Counted from the first letter of the stretch, positions 1-10,255 are shown. The stretch: 64,000 nt of DNA from an uncultured Solirubrobacterales bacterium (GCA_963717375.1 OY970329.1:2748426-2812425), one strand, 5' to 3'. Made by a program: numbers and translations. Notes: generated from the letters alone by a model not told the origin.

Positions 1-55
1 CATCAATTCCGGATGAGGGCCACCGGCACCTCCTACCGGATGCCTCTCGAAATAT

Positions 56-2257
56 TCAGTCAGCCGGGACGACTACCGGGTGCTCGCCTGTTGGCGCGGG
101 ATCGCCCTCTGCGGGCTCTACGTGGAGCCTGGGGAGGATGCGGTCGAGCCAGTCTGGGATCCACCAGGCGCTCTTGCCGAAGAGTTGCATGATCGCTGGG
201 ACCAGGACGGAGCGGATGATTACGGCGTCGATGAAGACGGCTGAGGCGAGGCCGAGACCGAAGAGCTTGATGATGCGGTCGTCGCCGATCATGAAGGAGG
301 CGAAGACGGTGACCATGATCGCTGCGGCGGCGGTGATCACGCGGCCGGTCAGGGCGAGGCCGCGGGTGACCGCCATCGTCGCGTCGTGGCTGTTCTCCCA
401 CTCCTCGTGGATGCGCGACATCAGGAAGACCTCGTAGTCCATCGAGAGGCCGAAGACGATCGAGAAGAGGAAGACGGGGAAGAAGGAGATGATCGGCCCG
501 GTGCCGTCGACGCCGATGATGCTGGCGCCCCAGCCCCACTGGAAGACGGCGACGATCAGGCCGAAGGCGGCGCCGATGCTGAGCAGGTTCATCACCATCG
601 CCTTCAGCGGCACCAGGATCGAGCGGAAGACGATCATCAGCAGCAGCGCCGAGAGCAGCACGACGACGCCGATGAAGAGCGGCAGCTTTTCCGAGATCGC
701 GTCGCCGAAGTCCTCGAAGATCGCGGTGATGCCGCCGACGTGCATCTGGGCGCCGGTCTGCTGCTCGATCGGCGGCAGGACGTCGCCGCGGATGTGGTCG
801 AGCAGCGCCGTCGTCTTCTCGCTCTGCGGCGAGGTCGTCGGGTAGAGCTGGAAGACCCCGGTGTCTTCGGCTGGATTGAGGGTGATCGAGGTCACCTTCG
901 CCACGCCTTCTTCGTTCTTAAGGGTCTTGCGCAGGGTGACGAGGGCCTGGTCTTCGCCCTTGCCCGGCAGCGCCGCGACCATCGCGAAGGGGCCGTTGAA
1001 GCCGGGGCCGAATCCTTCGGCGAGCAGGTCGTAGGCTTCGCGGGTGCTCGACCCCGCGGGGTCGGTGCCGGCGTCGTTGGAGCCGAGCCGCAGCGAGAGG
1101 GTGGGGACGCAGAGCAGCAGCAGCAGCCCACCCGAGAGCACGGCGGAGAGGACCGGCCGGCGCTGAATCTCCCGGCTCCAGCGGAACCAGCGCGTGTCTT
1201 CGGCGGTGGAGGAGACGCGCCTGCCGAGGCCGGGGATGCGCAGCCGGTCAACCCGCTTGCCGGCGATCGTCAGCAGCGCTGGCAGCAGGGTCAGCGCCGC
1301 GATCATCGTGAAGAGGACCGCGAGGGCCGCCGCTATGGCGACACCGACCAGGAAGCTGATGTCGAGCAGCAGCATCCCCATCAACGAGATGATCACGGTG
1401 ATACCGGCGAAGAGGACAGCCCGGCCGGCGGTGTCGACAGCGGCGATCGCCGCCTCACGGGACTCCAGCCCCTCGTCGAGCCCGTTGCGGAAGCGGGTGA
1501 GGATGAAGAGGGCGTAGTCGATCCCGACCCCGAGCCCGATCATCGCCGCAAGTTCGGGCGCGAATTTGGCGGTGTCGAAGATGTGAGTGCCGAGCGTGAC
1601 CAGGCCGATGCCGACGCCGAGGGCGAAGAGGGCGGTCAGCAGCGGCAGTCCCATCGCCACTGCCGAGCCAAAGGTCAACAGCAGGATCACGACTGCGGCG
1701 AGCAGGCCGACCAGAAACGAGATGTCGCCCCCTTCTTCTTCGCCGCGGACTTCCTCGACCGGAGCGCCCCCAACTGCTACCTGCAGCCCGCTGCCGTTGG
1801 CGGCGTGGCTGATCGCCACCAGTTTTTTGATGTCGTCCTTTTCCAGCTTGACGGTGGAGACGTTGTACTGGACGGTCGCATAGGCGATTTCGCCGCTCTT
1901 GCTGATCGCGCCGGCGCCGCCCGACGCGTATGGGCTGGCGACTTCGCTGACGTGCGGCAGCTTTTCCACTTCGGCGAAGACGCCTTCCATCTTCTTTTTC
2001 ACCGCCGGTGAATCGGCTCCGGCTGGCGCCTTGTAGACGATTTCCGCAGTCACTCCGGACTGCTTCGGGAACCTTTCTTCAAGCAAGTTGAAGGCTTCCT
2101 GGGAATCGGAAGAGGGCAGCTTGAATTCTTCGTTGAAGTCCGAGCCGACCGAGCCGGCGATTATGCCGACCGCGATCAGGGCGACGATCCAGCTGGCGAT
2201 TACCGTCTTACGGTGCCCGGTGCACCATGTCGCGAAGCGTCTCATCGAGCGTCGCAC
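56..2257 (-). CDS. MMPL/RND-superfamily membrane transporter
   Basis: 733-aa ORF. It has an N-terminal TM helix, a large soluble loop and two blocks of hydrophobic helices (GLPLLTALFALGVGIGLV; FFPVFLFSIVFGLSMDYEVFLMSRI), the typical MMPL architecture. Start could be M1 or M5. Confidence 0.85.
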   Translation of the reverse strand: MRRSMRRFATWCTGHRKTVIASWIVALIAVGIIAGSVGSDFNEEFKLPSSDSQEAFNLLEERFPKQSGVTAEIVYKAPAGADSPAVKKKMEGVFAEVEKLPHVSEVASPYASGGAGAISKSGEIAYATVQYNVSTVKLEKDDIKKLVAISHAANGSGLQVAVGGAPVEEVRGEEEGGDISFLVGLLAAVVILLLTFGSAVAMGLPLLTALFALGVGIGLVTLGTHIFDTAKFAPELAAMIGLGVGIDYALFILTRFRNGLDEGLESREAAIAAVDTAGRAVLFAGITVIISLMGMLLLDISFLVGVAIAAALAVLFTMIAALTLLPALLTIAGKRVDRLRIPGLGRRVSSTAEDTRWFRWSREIQRRPVLSAVLSGGLLLLLCVPTLSLRLGSNDAGTDPAGSSTREAYDLLAEGFGPGFNGPFAMVAALPGKGEDQALVTLRKTLKNEEGVAKVTSITLNPAEDTGVFQLYPTTSPQSEKTTALLDHIRGDVLPPIEQQTGAQMHVGGITAIFEDFGDAISEKLPLFIGVVVLLSALLLMIVFRSILVPLKAMVMNLLSIGAAFGLIVAVFQWGWGASIIGVDGTGPIISFFPVFLFSIVFGLSMDYEVFLMSRIHEEWENSHDATMAVTRGLALTGRVITAAAAIMVTVFASFMIGDDRIIKLFGLGLASAVFIDAVIIRSVLVPAIMQLFGKSAWWIPDWLDRILPRLHVEPAEGDPAPTGEHPVVVPAD

Positions 2258-2293
2258 CGTAGCGAACCGAGCCGAGGGTTAGATTTCGACGCG

Positions 2294-3925
2294 ATGCCCG
2301 ATCCCTCGATCGTGCGCTTCCGGCGCGTCGTCAGTTCTGCCTATGCCAATTTGGAGGCACGCCGCCAGGAGGTGAACGACCTCAACGTCTTCCCCGTTGC
2401 CGACGGCGATACCGGCGACAACATGGCGATGACGATGCGGGCGGTGATGGAGGAGCTCGACCGCCTCGATGGGATGGAGGTCGACGAGGTCGGCCGCACC
2501 AAGCTGGTCCAGGCCCTGGCGCGGGCGGCGCTGATGGGCGCCCGCGGCAACTCCGGCGTGATCCTCAGCCAGATCGTCCGCGGCGCCGCCGAGGAGCTGG
2601 CGAGCCGTCCCGGCGAGCTGATCGACCCGGTGCTCGTCGCCTCCGCTTTCGCCAGCGCCGCCGACGCCGCCTACGACTCGGTCCGCGAGCCGGCCGAGGG
2701 GACGATGCTGACCGTCTTCCGCGAGATGGCGCACTCGATCGCCCGCCAGCTTTCCCGCCTCGACGCCGAGAAGCAGCGGCTCAACCGGGGCGTTCCCGAC
2801 GAGGAGCAGGACGCGATCCTTGCCGAGGTGTTGGAGCGGGCGATCGCCGACGGCCAGCGGGCGGTCGAGCGGACGCCCGAGCAGCTCGAGGTGCTGCGCG
2901 ATTCCGGCGTCGTCGATGCCGGCGGCTACGGGCTCGTGCTGATCCTGGCCGGCGTCGTCGCCGGCCTGCGCGGCGATGGCGCGGAGGTCCCCGAGGTCGA
3001 CCATCACGAGGCGCCGCGGCTCAGCCGCCCGCACCACGAGGACAGCCGCTTCCGCTACTGCACCAACTTCATCGTCTCCGGCACCGGCCTCAGCAGCCGC
3101 GACTTTCTGCCGCGGCTCGAGGGCCTCGGTGACTCGGTGCTCGTCGTCGGCGACGAGGTGACCCTCAAGGTCCACGTCCACACCGACGAGCCCGAGGCCG
3201 CGGTCGCCCTCTTCGAGGACGCCGGCAAGGTGACCAACCTCGACGTCGCCGACATGCGCGAGCAGATCGCCGAGCGCCGCGCCCGGCTCGAGGGCGGTCG
3301 CACGGGTGCCCTCGCGGTGGCGGCGGGGGAGGGCCTCGAGCGGCTCTTCGGCGAGCTCGGCGCCCACGTCGTCCCCGGCGGCGAGACGCTCAACCCCTCG
3401 ACCTACGAGCTGCTGGCCGGAATCCACGAGGTCCCGGCGGAGGAAGTGCTGGTCTTTCCCAGCTCCTCCAACGTGGTCATGGCCGCGGAGCGAGCCTGCG
3501 AGCTCTCCGAGAAGCCGGCCCGGGTGGTGGCCGCGACGTCCCAGCAGACGAGCCTGCTGGCCCTGGTCGAGCTCGATCCGACCGCCGGCGCGAGCGAGAA
3601 CGCCGAGCGGCTCGATGAGGCGCTGGCCGGCATCGGCACCGGTGGCGTTGCCCCAGCGGGGCGCGACGACGCTCAGGGTCGCTTCAGGAAAGGCGACGCG
3701 GTCGGCTTCGTCCGCGACGAGATCGTTGCCTGGGGCGGCACCGGATCGACCCTGGCGGCGACGATCGAAAAGCTGGCCGAGGGCGCTGAGATCGTCACCG
3801 TGATCGCCGGCGACGGAGCCCCGATCCCAATCGATGAGATTGATCCACACGTCCCTGAGGGGGTTGAGATCGAGACCCACGAGGGCGGTCAGCCGAGCTG
3901 GTGGTGGCTGCTCGCGGCCCAGTAG
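2294..3925 (+). CDS. yloV: DAK2 domain fusion protein YloV
   Basis: DAK2 signature DGDTGDNMAMTM near the N-terminus, with a YloV-type C-terminal half. Lies directly upstream of recG, the conserved arrangement. Start set at ATG 2294, because the track start 2213 would overlap the divergent MMPL gene. Confidence 0.85.
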   Translation: MPDPSIVRFRRVVSSAYANLEARRQEVNDLNVFPVADGDTGDNMAMTMRAVMEELDRLDGMEVDEVGRTKLVQALARAALMGARGNSGVILSQIVRGAAEELASRPGELIDPVLVASAFASAADAAYDSVREPAEGTMLTVFREMAHSIARQLSRLDAEKQRLNRGVPDEEQDAILAEVLERAIADGQRAVERTPEQLEVLRDSGVVDAGGYGLVLILAGVVAGLRGDGAEVPEVDHHEAPRLSRPHHEDSRFRYCTNFIVSGTGLSSRDFLPRLEGLGDSVLVVGDEVTLKVHVHTDEPEAAVALFEDAGKVTNLDVADMREQIAERRARLEGGRTGALAVAAGEGLERLFGELGAHVVPGGETLNPSTYELLAGIHEVPAEEVLVFPSSSNVVMAAERACELSEKPARVVAATSQQTSLLALVELDPTAGASENAERLDEALAGIGTGGVAPAGRDDAQGRFRKGDAVGFVRDEIVAWGGTGSTLAATIEKLAEGAEIVTVIAGDGAPIPIDEIDPHVPEGVEIETHEGGQPSWWWLLAAQ

Positions 3926-6045
3926 TGCGCTCCTTCGCCGGCGCTTCCGACCTATCCCAGGCGCAGCTGCGCGAGGCCCCGGTCCGCTGGCCCCGGCCGA
4001 GCGTCCTCGACACGTCGCTGCAGGCGCTTGAGGGCGTCGGCCCAAAGCTGGCGGAGATCGCTGCCGAAGCCGGCATTGGCACGGTCGGCGACCTGCTCGC
4101 CCGCTTCCCCCGCCGCCACCGCGACCGCCAGATCGTCCCCGTCGCCGCCCTCGAGCCCAAACAGCAGGCGACGATCGCCGTCGAAGTCCTCGGCAACGCG
4201 CCGCGCCCGTTCCGCAAACGCGGCCTCTCGATCGTCGGGGTCAAGGTCGGCGACGAGAGCGGCGCCGTGCGGGCGACATGGTTCAACCAGCCCTGGCTGG
4301 CCCAGAAGCTGACCGAAGGGACTCAGCTGCTGCTCACCGGCTCGAACGGCAAACGCGGGTTCACGGTGTCCGAATACGAGTTCACGGGCGACGCCGGCGA
4401 GGGCCTGGTCCCCGTCCATCCCGGCACGGACCAGCTCAAAGCCCAGCGGCTGCGGCAATGGATGGAGCAGGCGATCCAGATGGTGGGCAACGTGCTCGAG
4501 CCGCTTCCGGCGGCGCTGCGGGTGCGCCGCGAGCTGGTCGGGGTCGCCGACGCGATCGCGACCGCGCATTTTCCCGAGACCGTCGAGGAAATCGACGCCG
4601 CCCGCGAGCGGCTGCGATTCGAAGAGCTCTTCCTCTACCAGGCGATCCTGGCGACCCGCAAGCGCGCGCACCGAGCCTCGCGGCCGGCGCCGAGATTTGG
4701 CAGGCCGGGAGAGCAGGTCGGGCGCTGGATCGAGTCGCTGCCGTTCGAGCCGACCCGCGATCAGCTGGCGGCGTTCGACGAGATCGATGCGGACCTCGTC
4801 TCCGGCGAGCCGATGCAGCGCCTGCTGATGGGGGAGGTGGGCTCGGGCAAGACCGTGGTCGCGCTGTACGCGATGCTGCGCGCGCTGGAAGCGGGCTACC
4901 AGGCGGTGCTCATGGCGCCGACCGAGACCCTGGCCGAGCAGCACGCGGTGACGCTGGGAAAGCTGCTGGCGGAAGAGGCGACACCCTTCGCACTGCTGAC
5001 CGGGGCGACTCCGGCGGCGAGGCGTGAGGAATCGCTGCAGCGGCTCGCGACCGGGGAGCTGGGCCTGCTCGTCGGCACCCACGCGCTGATCGAGCCCTCG
5101 GTGAGGTTTGCCCGCCTCGGCCTCTGCGTCGTCGATGAGCAGCATCGCTTCGGGGTCGAGCAGCGCAAGGCGCTCAACGCGAAGGGGGTGGAGGGGATGG
5201 CGCCGCACGTGTTGCACATGACCGCGACGCCGATCCCGCGCACGCTCTCGCTGACGACTTACGGGGATCTCGACACGACGGCCCTCCACCAGCTGCCATC
5301 GGGACGCAAGCCGGTCAAGACCCGGATCGTCGAGGAGGACGACCGCGCCGGCGCCTACGAGTTCATCGGCGGCCAGCTGCGCGAGGGGCGGCAGGCGTTC
5401 GTCGTCTGTCCCCTGGTCGAGGAGTCGGAGAAAATGCAGGGCCGCGCCGCCGAGGTCGAGGCCGAGCGGCTCGCGGCGGGCGAGCTGCGCGACTTCCGGG
5501 TCGGCGTCATCCACGGCCAGATGCGCTCGCTCGACAAGGCCGCGGCGATGGAAGCGTTCGCCGCGGGCGCAACCGATGTGCTTGTCGCGACCACCGTGAT
5601 CGAGGTCGGCATCGACGTGCCGAACGCGACCGTGATGGTGATCGAGGGGGCGGAGCGCTACGGCATCTCGCAGCTGCACCAGCTGCGTGGCCGCGTCGGT
5701 CGCGGCGAGCACGCCTCCTGCTGCCTGCTCTTCCCCGAAGACGCCGGGGCGCTGGCGCGCCAGCGACTGAAGGCAGTCGAGCGGGAGAGCGACGGCTTCA
5801 AGCTGGCCGAGGTCGATCTCAGCCTGCGCGGCGAGGGGGAGGTGCTGGGCACCCGCCAGCACGGCCTGCCGCGCTTCGCCGTCGCCGAGTTGCCTGAGGA
5901 CACCCCGACTCTCCTCGCCGCCCGCGACGAGGTGCTGGCCCTGCTGCGCGAGCACGGCAGCCTCGAGGCCCCCGAGCTCGGCCCGCTGCTGGAGGCCGCG
6001 CGTCGCCGCTTCGGCGCCGGTGCCGCCGACCCGATACCACTCTGA
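3925..6045 (+). CDS. recG: ATP-dependent DNA helicase RecG
   Basis: Walker A GEVGSGKT, DEQH box VVDEQHRFG and motif VI QLHQLRGRVGRG. GTG 3925 overlaps the yloV stop (taGTG). Start uncertain between 3901 and 3925. Confidence 0.9.
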   Translation: MRSFAGASDLSQAQLREAPVRWPRPSVLDTSLQALEGVGPKLAEIAAEAGIGTVGDLLARFPRRHRDRQIVPVAALEPKQQATIAVEVLGNAPRPFRKRGLSIVGVKVGDESGAVRATWFNQPWLAQKLTEGTQLLLTGSNGKRGFTVSEYEFTGDAGEGLVPVHPGTDQLKAQRLRQWMEQAIQMVGNVLEPLPAALRVRRELVGVADAIATAHFPETVEEIDAARERLRFEELFLYQAILATRKRAHRASRPAPRFGRPGEQVGRWIESLPFEPTRDQLAAFDEIDADLVSGEPMQRLLMGEVGSGKTVVALYAMLRALEAGYQAVLMAPTETLAEQHAVTLGKLLAEEATPFALLTGATPAARREESLQRLATGELGLLVGTHALIEPSVRFARLGLCVVDEQHRFGVEQRKALNAKGVEGMAPHVLHMTATPIPRTLSLTTYGDLDTTALHQLPSGRKPVKTRIVEEDDRAGAYEFIGGQLREGRQAFVVCPLVEESEKMQGRAAEVEAERLAAGELRDFRVGVIHGQMRSLDKAAAMEAFAAGATDVLVATTVIEVGIDVPNATVMVIEGAERYGISQLHQLRGRVGRGEHASCCLLFPEDAGALARQRLKAVERESDGFKLAEVDLSLRGEGEVLGTRQHGLPRFAVAELPEDTPTLLAARDEVLALLREHGSLEAPELGPLLEAARRRFGAGAADPIPL

Positions 6046-6047
6046 CC

Positions 6048-6593
6048 ATGAGAGTCATCGCCGGAGACCTCGGTGGCCGGCAACTGGTCGCGCCGCGTGG
6101 CTGGAAGGTGCGGCCGACCTCCGATCGCGCCCGCGAGGCGATCTTCTCAGTGCTCGGCGACCGCGTCAGCGGCGCCAGCGTGCTCGACCTCTACTGCGGC
6201 ACCGGCGCCCTCGCGATCGAGGCTCTCTCGCGCGGCGCGGCCAGCGCCACCCTGGTCGATCGCGACACCCGCGCCGCGCTCGGCAACATCGAGAACCTCG
6301 GCCTCGGCGAGCGAGTCGAGCTGGTGCGCGCTGACGTCGCACGCTGGTTGGAGAATCGCGAAGGCGGGGAGGAGAAGCCCATCTTCGATCTCGTCTTCAT
6401 CGACGCCCCCTATAGACTCGCCGACCGCGTGGGGCAGGAACTCGATACTCATCTTCCCCTCCTGCTCGGCGACGGCGGGCGGGCGATCGTCGAGAGCGGT
6501 GCCGGCCGGCCGCTCCGCATCGATTCTCTAGCGCGCCTGCGCCAGCGCCGCTACGGCGCCGCCGATGTCTCGATCTACGGGAGCGCCGAGTAA
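6048..6593 (+). CDS. rsmD: 16S rRNA (guanine966-N2)-methyltransferase RsmD
   Basis: N-terminus MRVIAGDLGGRQL...RPTSDRAREAIFS and a DPPY-like motif FIDAPY. 181 aa, in the conserved position before coaD. Confidence 0.85.
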   Translation: MRVIAGDLGGRQLVAPRGWKVRPTSDRAREAIFSVLGDRVSGASVLDLYCGTGALAIEALSRGAASATLVDRDTRAALGNIENLGLGERVELVRADVARWLENREGGEEKPIFDLVFIDAPYRLADRVGQELDTHLPLLLGDGGRAIVESGAGRPLRIDSLARLRQRRYGAADVSIYGSAE

Positions 6594-7096
6594 TGACCGA
6601 GCAGCGGGACGGGACAGTCGTCTGTCCGGGCAGCTACGACCCGGTGACCAATGGCCACATCGACATCATCACCCGCAGCTCCGAGGTCTTCGAGCGCGTC
6701 GTCGTCGGCATCGTCAACAACCCGATGCGCAAGGACAAGACCCTCTTCACCGCCGAGGAGCGCAAGGGGCTGATCGAAGAAGCGACCGCCGGCCTCGGCA
6801 ATGTCGAGGCGAGGATCTTCTCCAACCTGCTGGTTGAGTTCGCGCGCGAATCGGGCGCGAGGGCGATCGTCAAGGGCCTGCGGGCGATCTCCGACTTCGA
6901 GTACGAGTTCGAGATGGCCCAGCTCAACCGCAAGCTCGACCCCGGGATCGAGAGCATTTACATGATCGCTTCGCCCCAATACAGCTTCCTTTCGTCAACT
7001 GGAGTCAAGGAAATGGCTACCTTCGGCGGCGACGTTTCCGACCTGGTTCCGGGCCCCGTCGCGGCGGCGATGGCACAGCGCCTGGGCGACAGGTAG
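6593..7096 (+). CDS. coaD: Pantetheine-phosphate adenylyltransferase
   Basis: PGSYDPVTNGHIDII (nucleotidyltransferase T/HxGH motif). The ATG overlaps the rsmD stop (TAATG). Confidence 0.9.
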   Translation: MTEQRDGTVVCPGSYDPVTNGHIDIITRSSEVFERVVVGIVNNPMRKDKTLFTAEERKGLIEEATAGLGNVEARIFSNLLVEFARESGARAIVKGLRAISDFEYEFEMAQLNRKLDPGIESIYMIASPQYSFLSSTGVKEMATFGGDVSDLVPGPVAAAMAQRLGDR

Positions 7097-7200
7097 GCTT
7101 TTCCAGCACGGAGCGGTGTGGGAGAGAGCTTGCAAAAAGGCGAGGAAATCACCGCTTCTTCACCCAAGATGCCTCTGACACGTAGGCTTACGAACTTCTA

Positions 7201-7686
7201 ATGGACGTTCTTGTTCTCATAGACAAGCTGGACGACGTTGTCCACAACGCCCGGCCCGTCCCCCTGACGGACCAGGTTCGCGTGGACCGCGAGGAGATCT
7301 ACGATCTCCTCGACCAGATGCGGGCGACGATCCCCGAGGAGATCAAGCAGGCCCGCTGGATCGTCAAGGAGCGCCAGGAGATGCTGGCCGAGGCCAAGCG
7401 CGAGGCCGAGCGGATCGTCCGCGAGGCGCGCGAGCAGCAGGCTCGCCTGATCTCCGACGAGGAGGTCACCAAGCAGGCCGAGCGCGCCGCCGACGAGATC
7501 GTCGAGGACGCCCGCTCACGCGAGCGCGAGATCCGCCTCGGCGCCGAGGACTACGCCGACGAGATCCTCAACACGCTCGAGGTCAACCTTCAGAAGTTCC
7601 TCGCCGCCGTGCAGCGCGGTCGCGACCGCCTCGCCGGCCGCGACGAAGAGCAGCAGCCGGTGCCGGAGCTAGACGAGCAGCAATAG
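7201..7686 (+). CDS. Hypothetical charged coiled-coil protein
   Basis: 161-aa ORF rich in E/R/A heptad-like sequence (KERQEMLAEAKREAERIVREAREQQARL). I recognise no catalytic motif. Confidence 0.6.
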   Translation: MDVLVLIDKLDDVVHNARPVPLTDQVRVDREEIYDLLDQMRATIPEEIKQARWIVKERQEMLAEAKREAERIVREAREQQARLISDEEVTKQAERAADEIVEDARSREREIRLGAEDYADEILNTLEVNLQKFLAAVQRGRDRLAGRDEEQQPVPELDEQQ

Positions 7687-7697
7687 CGCTCGGTTGA

Positions 7698-7807
7698 GGA
7701 GGGTCGGACACCCCTCCTCTCTCAACTTTTTCGGTGGAGAGCGGTCGGCTGGCCGAGATTGGCGCGCCGAAAAAGTACAAGCCGTTCAGAGGGGTGTCCG
7801 ACCCTCC
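7698..7807. repeat. Nested palindromic (REP-like) element between convergent genes
   Basis: Perfect 19-bp inverted repeat GGAGGGTCGGACACCCCTC (7698-7716 / 7789-7807). Inner inverted pairs are CTTTTTCGG / CCGAAAAAG (7726-7734 / 7767-7775) and TCGGC / GCCGA. Lies between two convergent stop codons (7686 and 7818). Confidence 0.65.
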
Positions 7808-7817
7808 TGCGAGGGCG

Positions 7818-8351
7818 TTACTGCTCTTCCAGCTTGAGCTCTTTGAGCTTGGCCCACCTTGGGTCGACGCCTGACCGGTGTTCGTGGTCGGCCGGGTCGG
7901 CGTCGTTGAGGGGCTCGCCGCAGTCTGGGCAGAGGCCGGCGCAGTCGGGGCGGCAGAAGAATTGGGTGGGGATGGTTAGGACGGCGGCGTCGTGAGCCCA
8001 GCGGCCCAGGTCTAGCTCCTCGTTTTCTACGTAGGGGCTGCGCAGGTCATCGTCGTCGGTGTTTTCCTGGGCTACCTCGCGGGCGTCGACCTCGGTTTCC
8101 AGCGCGGCGCCCTCGAGGCAGCGCATGCAAGGCCCCTCGATGCGGAGGGGAAAGCGGAGGCGGAATGCCCAGCCGTTGCTCGGCCGGGAGACGTCGAGGC
8201 GGGCAGCGACCGACTCGGGTGAGACGGCGTAGGTCTGGCCTGCCAGCTCCAGCGGCTCCAGATGCACGGGCAGCTCAAGTCGGCGTCCCTCTCCGTGGGA
8301 GAGGGAGAGTCGCGCAAGGTCGATGATGGTGGTCGCGTGCGCCATTGCCAC
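7818..8351 (-). CDS. yceD: YceD/DUF177 family protein
   Basis: C-terminal cysteine cluster CRPDCAGLCPDCGEPLN followed by DPRWAKLKEL, plus an internal CMRCLE, the typical DUF177 pattern. It is on the opposite strand from rpmF, which is unusual. Confidence 0.8.
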   Translation of the reverse strand: MAMAHATTIIDLARLSLSHGEGRRLELPVHLEPLELAGQTYAVSPESVAARLDVSRPSNGWAFRLRFPLRIEGPCMRCLEGAALETEVDAREVAQENTDDDDLRSPYVENEELDLGRWAHDAAVLTIPTQFFCRPDCAGLCPDCGEPLNDADPADHEHRSGVDPRWAKLKELKLEEQ

Positions 8352-8401
8352 TCCTCCGCTTCAGCCAGGCTTACGATGACTGCCTCGGACGAGACTACGG
8401 A

Positions 8402-8896
8402 ATGAACCGATTCGACTGGACACCAGAGGTCTACCTCGAGCGAATTCGCTCGCAGATCCCCCGCTACGACGAACTGCAGGAGCAGGCGATAGCGGCGATT
8501 CCGTTCGCGCCGGAGCGAGTGCTCGAGCTGGGGATGGGGACGGGGGAGACCACCCGGCGCCTGATCGAGGCCCACCCCGACGCCTGGGTAATCGGTCTCG
8601 ACGCCAGCCCCGACGTGGTCTTCCGCGCCCGCCAGAGCTACGACGACGTCCAGCTCGCCCGCATGGAGGACCCACTGCCCGACGGTCCCTGGGACCTCGT
8701 CATCTCGGTCCTCTCGGCCGGCGAACTGCCCGACGACCAGCTCCAGGCTCTTTGCCGCCGTGTGCGAGAGCAGTCGCGGTCCCTCGTCATCGGCGACGTC
8801 TTCGAGCCGGACAAGCTCCAGTCCCTGCTCGACTGGTCGGGTGGTCAGATCGCTTGGCAGGCCGATGACCTAGCCGTAGTGACAGCGGTCTACTAA
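8402..8896 (+). CDS. Class I SAM-dependent methyltransferase
   Basis: SAM-binding motif I VLELGMGTGETT. Start placed at ATG 8402, because the track start 8345 would overlap the divergent yceD start. Confidence 0.65.
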   Translation: MNRFDWTPEVYLERIRSQIPRYDELQEQAIAAIPFAPERVLELGMGTGETTRRLIEAHPDAWVIGLDASPDVVFRARQSYDDVQLARMEDPLPDGPWDLVISVLSAGELPDDQLQALCRRVREQSRSLVIGDVFEPDKLQSLLDWSGGQIAWQADDLAVVTAVY

Positions 8897-8963
8897 AGGG
8901 TCCGGCACCCCTCCGAAAACACTCCAGCGCGAAGCGCGTTTTCGGAGGGGTGCCGGACCCTTT
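8895..8963. repeat. Palindromic REP-like element / probable terminator hairpin
   Basis: Perfect 26-bp inverted repeat AAAGGGTCCGGCACCCCTCCGAAAAC (8895-8920 / 8938-8963) with a 17-nt loop. The core resembles the 7698-7807 element. It starts at the methyltransferase stop codon. Confidence 0.7.
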
Positions 8964-9002
8964 CTCGCTCCTGGAGCTTCCGGCCGCTACCATGCCGCGA
9001 CC

Positions 9003-9215
9003 ATGGCTGTCCCGAAGAAGAGAACTTCCAGTGCTCGCCGCGACAAGCGCCGGGCCAACCACAAGGCCGGCAAGGCGCGCTTGAACCAGTGCCCGCGCTG
9101 CCACAGCCCTCGCCTGCCGCACCGCGTGTGCCCCACCTGCGGCACCTACGCCGGGCGTGAGGTAATCAAACACACCGTCGCCGAGCCCTCGGCGACACCC
9201 ACCGACTCGGAGTAG
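9003..9215 (+). CDS. rpmF: 50S ribosomal protein L32
   Basis: MAVPKKRTSSARRDKRRANHK N-terminus and a CPRC...CPTC zinc-ribbon pair. Confidence 0.92.
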   Translation: MAVPKKRTSSARRDKRRANHKAGKARLNQCPRCHSPRLPHRVCPTCGTYAGREVIKHTVAEPSATPTDSE

Positions 9216-9220
9216 CGCTC

Positions 9221-10255
9221 TTGGGTCGCGGCGCGACCGTGGCCCTGGATGGATTCGGGGCCGAGCAGGGCTTTGACGTGCTCGCCGAGGGCGCGCGGAT
9301 GGCGGCGGCGGACGGGATACGACTGCGGGTCTTCGGTCCAGCCGACCTGCTTGGACTGAAGGGCGTCGACGGGATCGAGGTCGTTCCCACCGCTGAGTGG
9401 ATCGGCAACGAGGAGGACCCAGTCGTCGCAGTTCGCGCCAAGAAGGAGGCCTCTGTGGTCCGCGCCGCCGCCGACGTTGCGGAAGGGCGCGCCGACGCGA
9501 TGGTCAGCGCTGGCTCGACGGGGGCGGCGATGGCGGCCGCCACCTTTGGCCTGCGCCGGCTCAAGGGAGTGCAGCGGCCGGCCCTTGCCGTGCAGCTGCC
9601 GGTCCCCGGCAAGCGGGTGCTCTTCCTCGACGTCGGCGCCAACGTCGAGGTGCGGGCCCAGCACCTGGTCCAGTTCGCCTTCCTCGGCGCCGCCTTCAGC
9701 GCCGCCGTGCTCGGGGCCGAGCGGCCCCGCGTCGGCCTGCTCTCGGTTGGTGAGGAGGCGGGCAAGGGGCGCGAGGAAGTGGTCGCCGCGCACGAGATCC
9801 TCTCCTCGGCGCCCGGGATTGATTTCGCCGGCAACGTCGAGGGGCGCGATCTGCCGAGCGGTGTCGCCGACGTCGTCGTCACCGACGGCTTCACCGGCAA
9901 CGTCGCGTTGAAGCTGATGGAGGGAACCGCCAAGACCGTGACCGGGGCGATCCGCGACGCGGCCCGCTCCAACCCGCTGGCCGCGCTCGGCGGCCTGCTG
10001 ATGCGACCGGCGCTCGGCGGTCTGCGCCGCGAGCTGCACCCGGACACCACCGGCGGCGCGATCCTGCTCGGGCTGCGCGGCATCGCCGTGGTCGGGCACG
10101 GCAGCTCGGGGGCCGACGGAATCGCCAACGCCGTGCGCCTGGCGGCCCGCTGCGTCGAGACCGATGCCGTCGGTCGCACCGCGGCGCTGCTGCGGGAGGG
10201 CGGCGCCGGCCGCGGCGAACTGGCCGCAAATAGCGAGATCGCGGAGGGCTCGTGA
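9221..10255 (+). CDS. plsX: Phosphate acyltransferase PlsX
   Basis: Motifs ADAMVSAGSTGAAMAAA and VVTDGFTGNVALKLMEG. Conserved position after rpmF. Confidence 0.9.
   Translation: MGRGATVALDGFGAEQGFDVLAEGARMAAADGIRLRVFGPADLLGLKGVDGIEVVPTAEWIGNEEDPVVAVRAKKEASVVRAAADVAEGRADAMVSAGSTGAAMAAATFGLRRLKGVQRPALAVQLPVPGKRVLFLDVGANVEVRAQHLVQFAFLGAAFSAAVLGAERPRVGLLSVGEEAGKGREEVVAAHEILSSAPGIDFAGNVEGRDLPSGVADVVVTDGFTGNVALKLMEGTAKTVTGAIRDAARSNPLAALGGLLMRPALGGLRRELHPDTTGGAILLGLRGIAVVGHGSSGADGIANAVRLAARCVETDAVGRTAALLREGGAGRGELAANSEIAEGS

Noticed and set aside
2279-4045. Very long antisense or out-of-frame ORFs overlapping well-supported genes. Examples: 386-2011 (+), 2279-4045 (-), 3952-5955 (-), 20396-22183 (-), 21501-23135 (-), 31258-33417 (-), 53341-54783 (+), 56190-58919 (-) and 59644-61467 (+).
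   Set aside because: Their translations are R/A/G/P/H-rich low-complexity strings without motifs. Each shadows a gene with clear family signatures. Long stop-free shadow frames are expected in very GC-rich DNA.
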